Positions 26,009 to 32,000 of a DNA stretch of 32,000 nucleotides are shown here, piece after piece. This stretch comes from Acaryochloris marina S15. Lineage in GTDB: Bacteria > Cyanobacteriota > Cyanobacteriia > Thermosynechococcales > Thermosynechococcaceae. The position numbers and the translations under genes were made by a program. The notes beneath the pieces were generated by a model. It saw only the letters and a list, made by a program, of their open reading frames with translations, was not told where the DNA came from and searched no databases. Location of the stretch: assembly GCF_018336915.1 (NCBI RefSeq), contig NZ_CP064923.1, forward strand, positions 1,590,001 to 1,622,000. Direction: 5' to 3'. Position 1 is the stretch's first letter. Every line of letters starts with the position of its first letter.

Positions 26009-26996
26009 CTTTGTGCGAGAAAATGCCTAAGAAAAGAGATCTTCTTTTTAACGAGAACCCGCCAACAAACCATCTCGGAAATTCTCCGAAGGAAGTTTTT
26101 TGGAGGTCGAAGGTGAGTTGTTTGTAGCCTAACCACTCGCTATTTTTGCGCCAACCGACACGATCGCCGAATTTTTCCCAATCATCATTATAGGTTCTAG
26201 GGCTACCGCATTCTTCCCAAATTCGCTTCTGGACGCTAAAACCCCATTTGCCTTTGCTGTACTTTACCCATAAACGATCCAGTGTTTGCAAATCCTCACA
26301 GAGGAATGTTTTTAGGTCTTTTTCACGAAAGTAGTCTCCTTCTGTTCTCCCCATAATAGTGATCATCAACCGATAGGTTTCTTGATCGGCTTCTTTCCAT
26401 TGCTGGTTTTGTAGTAATTCCTCCAGTTTTTCGTATTTGGGATCAGCAGTAACTTCTTGAGAGTGATCGGAGATGTCCTTGGCAGGTGTTTCGTGCTGAG
26501 CCGTGAGTTTTGTTTGGGCCGACAGGCCGAGTAGGGGGGGTATCCCCTTGATCAGCCTATCCATATCGCGATGAAAATCAGGGTCTCGTCTAATTTGAAT
26601 CCCATTACGATAGATTAAGCTAGATAAACACTCCGGTAACTGAGAGGAGCTAGGCATCGCTGCCCCACTCACTAGAAGCGGAATCACAGGAATATCTCGA
26701 TTTAAGGCAGCTTCAATTTCAATTCTGACAAAATCTTGCTGATTATCAAGCCGTTTGTTGCCATTGCCATCGGCACAATTTACCCATTTTGTGCCAATTA
26801 CAGCCAATAGAATTTGGCATCGACTTACTTCTTCGTTTAGATGCTTGCGAAAGTCCTTGCCTAAGGGAATATCATCCACATCTTTAAATACAGCATCTCC
26901 CCCAAACTCCCCAACGAGCCTGTCATAGATTCTTCCTGTCACATCTGGGCTATCTTCTCTGCGATAAGAGATAAAAATAGAACCTTGGCTAGACAT
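26001..26996 (-). CDS. TIR domain - GUN4 domain fusion protein (331 aa)
   Basis: N-terminus (aa ~5-150): SIFISYRREDSPDVTGRIYDRLVGEFG..VFKDVDDIPLGKDF...ILLAVIGTKW...DFVRIEIEAALNRDIPVIPLLV (TIR_2-type, conserved Glu region). C-terminus (aa ~187-310): YEKLEELLQNQQWKEADQETYRLM...FLCEDLQTLDRLWVKYSKGKWGFSVQKRIW...GDRVGWR...W..YKQLTF (GUN4-like signature). Confidence 0.85.
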   Translation of the reverse strand: MSSQGSIFISYRREDSPDVTGRIYDRLVGEFGGDAVFKDVDDIPLGKDFRKHLNEEVSRCQILLAVIGTKWVNCADGNGNKRLDNQQDFVRIEIEAALNRDIPVIPLLVSGAAMPSSSQLPECLSSLIYRNGIQIRRDPDFHRDMDRLIKGIPPLLGLSAQTKLTAQHETPAKDISDHSQEVTADPKYEKLEELLQNQQWKEADQETYRLMITIMGRTEGDYFREKDLKTFLCEDLQTLDRLWVKYSKGKWGFSVQKRIWEECGSPRTYNDDWEKFGDRVGWRKNSEWLGYKQLTFDLQKTSFGEFPRWFVGGFSLKRRSLFLGIFSHKGL

Positions 26997-27246
26997 AAAT
27001 TACTTGCAGCTAATCCCAGATTGATAAAAAATACTTTGGTGCTAACGCCTTAGATAGATCAAGGTTCACCCTTATCTTTAGCTAGAGACCCATGCTTTAA
27101 GTGTGCAAAAACAATGGAATAAAAACGTATTCTATGTGTCTTCTCAGTATGGCTGAAAGACTGTTTGAAACATTTTAGTTCACGTCTTTTAGATATCTAA
27201 TCTCACCTCATAATTCAATCTCACGCATTATCCAATCTATCAGCAA

Positions 27247-27507
27247 CTATTCAGATTTTTGTGTGAAATACAGATTATTCAAACAATCGAATGCTGCCTC
27301 CATATCGAAAACTAAATCATAGCGGCATAACAGTTGCGCGCTTCCTGAAATAATTCTTCCACCCTCACCATCAGAAAGGATGGCAACCATCACAAACCTG
27401 AGTGCTGAAACCAGCAAGCTACTCAACACTACAAAGTAACCAGAACAATTAAGTCTATTTTGGAAAGGTGCCGTATATTCAGCCACAAAAGCTGACAGCG
27501 CCATCAA
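27247..27507 (-). CDS. Doubtful small ORF (86 aa) in the TIR-GUN4 / HTTM divergent spacer
   Basis: The only ORF over 60 aa in the 540-bp spacer, with a hydrophobic middle segment (YFVVLSSLLVSALRFVMVAIL). No recognisable domain or RBS. It may be spurious. Confidence 0.2.
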   Translation of the reverse strand: MMALSAFVAEYTAPFQNRLNCSGYFVVLSSLLVSALRFVMVAILSDGEGGRIISGSAQLLCRYDLVFDMEAAFDCLNNLYFTQKSE

Positions 27508-27537
27508 AGGGGAACACAGTTACCAACAAACCAACCG

Positions 27538-29100
27538 ATGAGTCCGTTCTCAATCTTCACCATCCTCTACATGACTGCCTTTCTGCTAGAAATGCAGGAA
27601 AAGTGGAAAGCACCAGGCTTTGCCCTCGCCTTTTTAGGCTTAATCACCGTCTTCGTCTGCACCCGAATAACCCGGAGCAAATTTTTTACCTTCCTGGTCC
27701 TCTCCACCGCCTACTTCTTAATTTTTCGCTTCCCCGACGTCGCCAACCACGTCAACTTCCTGATCTACCTCAACCTCACTCTGATAGTGGGTATGGTCTA
27801 CGCCTGGATCAAACAGGCCAGCGCCGACGACTACTACGCCATGATGCGCCCCGCTCTCAGAGCTTCCTTGCTCGGTGTCTATTTCTGGGCCGGATTCCAT
27901 AAACTCAACACCGACTTTCTCAACCCCCAAGTGTCCTGCTCCAGCATGATGCTGTATCGCATTCTGGATATGCTCCAATCCAATCTCTTGGGCATTCCAG
28001 TTATGGTAATTGGGATTGCCCTGGCCCTCTTCGGACTGTGGCAAGGACTCATCCGTCCCAGACTCAAATCCTCAAAACGTCCCAAAATCCTGCTGCTCGC
28101 CTTACTCACCTGTGGCGGTATTCTGCTCTATGCCTTCGGATTTGCCTATCAAGATTACGTCCTGCTACCCGACCTAATCTTGCAAGCCAATATCTACTTT
28201 GTCCTCGCTTGGGAATTGCTGGGGAGTCTCTTGCTGTTTGTGCCCAGATTGCAGGCCCCGATCCTGTTGCTCTCATGGCTGATGCATGGCTTTATCGCCA
28301 TGATTGGCTTCGTCGATTTCAGTGCTCTGGCTGGAAGCTTACTCTTTACCTTTATTCCCGATCGCTACCTGCAGCTTTGGCAAGAACAGTCAGAAATCTC
28401 TCTGGGGGGAAGAAAGATTCATCGGGTACACCTGTACTTTGGCCTCAACGTTATGGCAGGTGTCTTCTCTGCCCTGTATTACCTCGCCTATTTAGAATTC
28501 GATATCAAAGTCACTGCCGGAGCCATCTTCAACCTTGCTTCAGTCATTTTCCTTTGGCCGATTCTCACCCAGCTCTTTACACCTAAAAATCGACCCAATT
28601 GGCAAGGACTTTCCGTTCTCAATAGCTCCATGCCCAAATTTATGGCGGTATTTTTAATTGGCCTCTGCTGTTTCGGCCTCATGCCCTACCTAGGACTCCG
28701 CACTGCTGGAACCTTCTCCATGTTCAGCAATCTCCGCACGGAAGGGTCTCGCTCCAACCATTTACTGCTGGGTAGTAATCCCCTCAAGCGCTGGGGCTAT
28801 CAGGAAGATGTGGTCTGGATTCTGAGCTTGCCGCCAGAGGTGGTGGACATGGATCCGAAAAATGCAGAGCTAGAGGGTAGTGCTCTCCCCGTGGTGGAGT
28901 TCAAGAAAATGATCTATGACTGGACTCAATCGGGGCAGACCGTACCGGTAGTCTTTGAATATCAGGAGCAAATCTACGACAGCCCCAATATTGTTCAGGA
29001 TCCTCAATGGCAAACGCCTCGGCGGAATTGGGAGATGTATTGGATGGATTTTCGAGTGATTGAGCCTGAAAATTCTGGTCCTAATTTATGTCGATGGTAG
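27538..29100 (+). CDS. Polytopic membrane protein, HTTM / vitamin-K-dependent gamma-carboxylase-like
   Basis: About 10 TM helices. GVYFWAGFHKLNTDFLN resembles the VKGC/HTTM motif (I)VYFIAGVKKLDADW. WLMHGFIAMIGFVDFS resembles YFHCMNSQLFSIGMFS. The soluble C-terminal ~110 aa ends in ...LCRW. The family call rests on remembered motifs only. Confidence 0.5.
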   Translation: MSPFSIFTILYMTAFLLEMQEKWKAPGFALAFLGLITVFVCTRITRSKFFTFLVLSTAYFLIFRFPDVANHVNFLIYLNLTLIVGMVYAWIKQASADDYYAMMRPALRASLLGVYFWAGFHKLNTDFLNPQVSCSSMMLYRILDMLQSNLLGIPVMVIGIALALFGLWQGLIRPRLKSSKRPKILLLALLTCGGILLYAFGFAYQDYVLLPDLILQANIYFVLAWELLGSLLLFVPRLQAPILLLSWLMHGFIAMIGFVDFSALAGSLLFTFIPDRYLQLWQEQSEISLGGRKIHRVHLYFGLNVMAGVFSALYYLAYLEFDIKVTAGAIFNLASVIFLWPILTQLFTPKNRPNWQGLSVLNSSMPKFMAVFLIGLCCFGLMPYLGLRTAGTFSMFSNLRTEGSRSNHLLLGSNPLKRWGYQEDVVWILSLPPEVVDMDPKNAELEGSALPVVEFKKMIYDWTQSGQTVPVVFEYQEQIYDSPNIVQDPQWQTPRRNWEMYWMDFRVIEPENSGPNLCRW

Positions 29101-30270
29101 GGAGGGGGTTTTGCTAGATGCGATCGCAATCATCGCTACGATAAAGCTAACAATCGCGACAGCCGTCATCACTAAGGGGGACAAAGCGTCCGGCTGTTTG
29201 AAAAAAGCCCCAAATAAGCTAGCAGACAATGCTCCCCCGCTAAAAAACATCCCGGTTCCCAATCCCGCTTTCTGGGCAGGCACCATCGACAGAGCAAAGG
29301 GCAAAGTGCCATTATTCACCAAACTCAAACAGGTACCAATGGCTATAGCTACGCCCACCGCTGCCCAGGTCTGGCCGACCCCATTCATCACGACCAACGT
29401 TATGGCTAATCCCACTAATCCCAACAGAATGGCTTGACGATTCCCCAGCTTACGGGCAACGTTTCCTGCCGGAATGGCCGTTATCCCCAAGGCAATAAAG
29501 ATCATGCCCATTGTCAGCCCTACATTTAGGTTGGGAATGGTTTTGAGGATTTTGGGAAACGTCGTCATCAATAACCGAAACCCCAACGAGGTGCCCCATC
29601 CCACCGTAAACACCAGGGCTAAATTTCTCATGGATGGACGAGCCCCAACCCCAGAAGGTTGATGGGGCATCTTCACTTCCGTATTGACAGACCGCAAAAT
29701 AGCCGCAGCCCCTAGCAAAATGAGTGACGCTAGGCCAAAGGCAATCCCCGGTCCTAACTCCAGAATATATTTATTGGCCAAAGGCCCCATTGCCCCCGCA
29801 ATCGCCCCCATTACGGTTAATACACTGGCTGCTTGCGGTAGACCACTGCCAAAGGCATATCGACTGAGCAAGGACAGAGCTGGACTGCGAAACACTGTCA
29901 TGGAAATGGCCCAAGCCACGAGTAATATCGGTAAGAGCCAGCGAAAGACCCCCTCGGGCTGACTAAACGTGACCAGCACCGCAGTTGCCATCAGTAGTCC
30001 CGATGCCAAAATTACCCCTGCGGCAATAAACGGGAAGCGGCTACCTAGCCAGCGCTGGGCGCGATCGGAGTAGTTCCCCATTAGGGGTTCCATGAGCATT
30101 GCCAGGCCGTTTTCCAGCAGTAAGATACCCGTGACAAAGACAGAGGTAAATCCAAACTCACCTAGCAGTTTTCCCAGGTAAAGGTTGTAGATCACCCACA
30201 TCAATACAATCGCTCCTTGGACTAGGGCCAGGGCAAAGACTTGTACCCACAGAATTCTTTGCTGTTGCAA
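29086..30270 (-). CDS. MFS transporter (12 TM)
   Basis: 394 aa, uniformly hydrophobic with an MFS loop 2-3-like motif (GNYSDRAQRWLGSRFPFI). TTG start, which is uncertain. Its 3' end overlaps the convergent 27538-29100 gene by 15 nt. Confidence 0.8.
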   Translation of the reverse strand: MQQQRILWVQVFALALVQGAIVLMWVIYNLYLGKLLGEFGFTSVFVTGILLLENGLAMLMEPLMGNYSDRAQRWLGSRFPFIAAGVILASGLLMATAVLVTFSQPEGVFRWLLPILLVAWAISMTVFRSPALSLLSRYAFGSGLPQAASVLTVMGAIAGAMGPLANKYILELGPGIAFGLASLILLGAAAILRSVNTEVKMPHQPSGVGARPSMRNLALVFTVGWGTSLGFRLLMTTFPKILKTIPNLNVGLTMGMIFIALGITAIPAGNVARKLGNRQAILLGLVGLAITLVVMNGVGQTWAAVGVAIAIGTCLSLVNNGTLPFALSMVPAQKAGLGTGMFFSGGALSASLFGAFFKQPDALSPLVMTAVAIVSFIVAMIAIASSKTPSLPST

Positions 30271-30516
30271 AATTTGTATTCCCTTCTCTTGCTATGGGGT
30301 AAAGTGACTTGAAACCAACGTTCTTATCTGATTAAAAGTTTCTCACTCTATCACCAACCAGATGCTGTATCAGGCTTTTTCTTTTTTTATGGCAGCATAG
30401 ATGCCCAGTAAGCTTGCCCATTTCATTCCCCTGAAACAAACAGATCAACACCCGATTTAAGTATTGATGCCAAAGTTGTAGAAAAGCTTCAGTTCTCGTC
30501 ATTCTGCGCTTTTATA

Positions 30517-31332
30517 TCACTCTAGAACTAGCCTTTGAAACTCCTTCAACGTTTGAAAATACCGTTCACCTGCGACTTGCGAGAAATTATTGTGACCGGC
30601 CTCTGCAACCCATAAGGATCGTTTGGGTCCAGATGCTGCCTCGAATAACCGTCGGCCCTGTTCAATGGGAATCACCTGATCGTTTTCTCCATGCATCACC
30701 AGCACGGGAGCTTTGACTTGCTTTAATCTGTCCAGACTGGTGAACTTATCGAAGGGCAAAATCGGAATCGGCACCACCACTCGAAAGATGGAAGTAAATG
30801 TGCTTTCCAAGATCACTCCCGCCACTGGATACTGGGTGGCCAAATACACCGCAGATCCGCCTCCCAGGGAGCGCCCCTTTACTAACAGCCGATTAGGCTT
30901 TACCCCCAACTCTTTGGTCAGATAGGCATAGGCTTGCTTTGCATCTTCATAGGCATTGCTTTCACTGGGGTGACCATCACTGGTGCCATAGCCTCTGTAA
31001 TCGTAGGCAAACACGCTCAGGCCAGATTGCTGAAGCTGTTCTAGCCGGGGCCGGATATCTCCCAAATCTTCTGCATTGCCGTGGATATACAGCAACGTAA
31101 AAGTCGCATCGGGATTGGGGAAATAGAGGGCCGAGATCTCTTCCTGGTTGGTGACCGGAAGCTTGATCACCTCATCTGTATCTCGGTAGCTTGGGGACTG
31201 AGGCAGGAAAATCATGCTGTCCGCTTTGAAAAAGATATAGAGCGCAAAGCAACCGTAGATAAAGATGGGGGCCAGAATCAGTCTTTGCCAACTGAAAGAC
31301 CCCAGCAAAATTTGTCGATAGTTTAACTTCAC
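30517..31332 (-). CDS. Membrane-anchored alpha/beta hydrolase (BEM46/ABHD13-like serine hydrolase)
   Basis: N-terminal TM helix. LLYIHGNAEDLG, nucleophile elbow GRSLGGG, VLVMHGENDQVIP, and AGHNN catalytic His region. GTG start. Confidence 0.85.
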   Translation of the reverse strand: MKLNYRQILLGSFSWQRLILAPIFIYGCFALYIFFKADSMIFLPQSPSYRDTDEVIKLPVTNQEEISALYFPNPDATFTLLYIHGNAEDLGDIRPRLEQLQQSGLSVFAYDYRGYGTSDGHPSESNAYEDAKQAYAYLTKELGVKPNRLLVKGRSLGGGSAVYLATQYPVAGVILESTFTSIFRVVVPIPILPFDKFTSLDRLKQVKAPVLVMHGENDQVIPIEQGRRLFEAASGPKRSLWVAEAGHNNFSQVAGERYFQTLKEFQRLVLE

Positions 31333-31432
31333 GATCCTTGTGCCTCAGGTCTTTGATGGGGAGAGCTGCGTTCGTTGCTTCTAGTCTAGGCAATTAAGCT
31401 ATGGTTGAAACGTCAGCAACGCCAGTAAACCT

Positions 31433-31927
31433 ATGAAACTCAGTCGTGAAGAATTAAGCCGTCGCTACGCAGCCGGAGAACGTCGATTTGCCGGAGCCGA
31501 CTTCACTTCCTTAGACCTCCATCAGCTGGATCTGAGCCAAGCCGATTTTAGCGGTGCCGAGTTTTGTAGCTGTAACCTGAGTGAGGTTAACCTCAGCCAA
31601 GCCGATTTGAGTGGGGCTGATTTGAGTGATGCCAATCTCACTAAAAGTGATCTGAATAAAGCCGATTTGAGCGGGGTGGATTTAAGTGAAGCCAACCTGA
31701 CAGCCGCCAACCTCAAGGATGCCGATCTGAGCGGGGTGGATTTAAGTGAAGCGAATCTAACAGATGCAGACCTTCAAAATGCTGACTTGAGCGGGGTCGA
31801 TCTGAGTGAATCCAACTTACAAGGGGCCAATTTGCGAGGGGCTGATATCAGTGGTGCCGATGTTACCAATAGCCGCTACTGCCAAACCATCTTTCCCAGC
31901 GGCAAGATTCGCAATGACCATTGTTGA
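31433..31927 (+). CDS. Pentapeptide-repeat protein
   Basis: About 25 consecutive A(D/N)LxG-type pentapeptides (ADLSGADLSDANLTKSDLNKADLSGVDLSEANL...). Confidence 0.92.
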   Translation: MKLSREELSRRYAAGERRFAGADFTSLDLHQLDLSQADFSGAEFCSCNLSEVNLSQADLSGADLSDANLTKSDLNKADLSGVDLSEANLTAANLKDADLSGVDLSEANLTDADLQNADLSGVDLSESNLQGANLRGADISGADVTNSRYCQTIFPSGKIRNDHC

Positions 31928-32000
31928 ATAGCTCTCCCGATTTTTTGAGGCTAGTTTTGCCATCACCTCATTAGATTCGGCGTTGGCAAACCATTCCGAA

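Noticed and set aside
27151-27175. ctgtttgaaa 10-mer identical to the core of the IS5 terminal repeat (possible solo IR remnant)
   Set aside because: Only the 10-nt core matches and the flanking bases differ. A 10-mer match has a chance probability of several percent in this window. There is no partner IR or target-site duplication.
28038-28586. 182-aa ORF and several other 60-140-aa ORFs (27468-27902, 27718-28044, 27879-28109, 28304-28495, 28488-28682) inside the HTTM-like gene
   Set aside because: They are alternative-frame or antisense shadows with Arg/Pro/Leu-rich, low-information translations. The 520-aa frame gives coherent TM helices across the whole region.
29060-29962. ORFs 29060-29437, 29474-29662 and 29684-29962 (+), antisense to the MFS gene
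   Set aside because: Antisense shadows of a GC-balanced membrane-protein gene. The translations are low-complexity (A/P/K/I-rich) with no motifs.
31522-31716. 64-aa minus-strand ORF (LKSAPLKSAWLR... repeats)
   Set aside because: Antisense shadow of the pentapeptide-repeat gene. Its periodicity mirrors the sense-strand repeats.

Overview
This is a cyanobacterial chromosomal segment. The markers are 7 copies of the HIP1 palindrome GCGATCGC, phylloquinone menB, an SLH/OprB porin, and GUN4, DUF2808 and pentapeptide-repeat genes. All calls come from reading the sequence and ORF translations; no searches were run. Housekeeping genes: xth (partial, missing from the ORF track), menB, ruvC, lepA, a DUF4212 + sodium:solute symporter pair, a PfkB kinase, an MFS transporter and two alpha/beta hydrolases. 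There is also a block of secreted envelope proteins (6.9-16.4 kb): an M48 metalloprotease, a TPR protein, an S1 protease-proline repeat-DUF2808 fusion and a porin. Mobile or decaying DNA: an intact 914-bp IS5-family element with 17-bp inverted repeats and a TCA target duplication; a 122-bp MITE-like element with 18-bp perfect terminal inverted repeats and an 8-bp direct duplication; and a GNAT acetyltransferase pseudogene downstream of a Cu/Zn superoxide dismutase gene. The most interesting locus is 25.0-27.5 kb. A BrnT/BrnA toxin-antitoxin pair sits next to a monocistronic gene that fuses a TIR (NADase-type) domain to a GUN4 tetrapyrrole-binding domain. I propose this as a candidate porphyrin-sensing TIR effector, which I believe is uncharacterised. 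Next to it is an HTTM/vitamin-K-carboxylase-like polytopic membrane protein. Other observations: a 63-nt x 8 coding tandem repeat, recent internal duplications in the TPR and pentapeptide genes, a cluster of long perfect hairpins at 16.4-16.8 kb, and a canonical NtcA-type promoter upstream of an HPP-family (nitrite-transporter family) gene.
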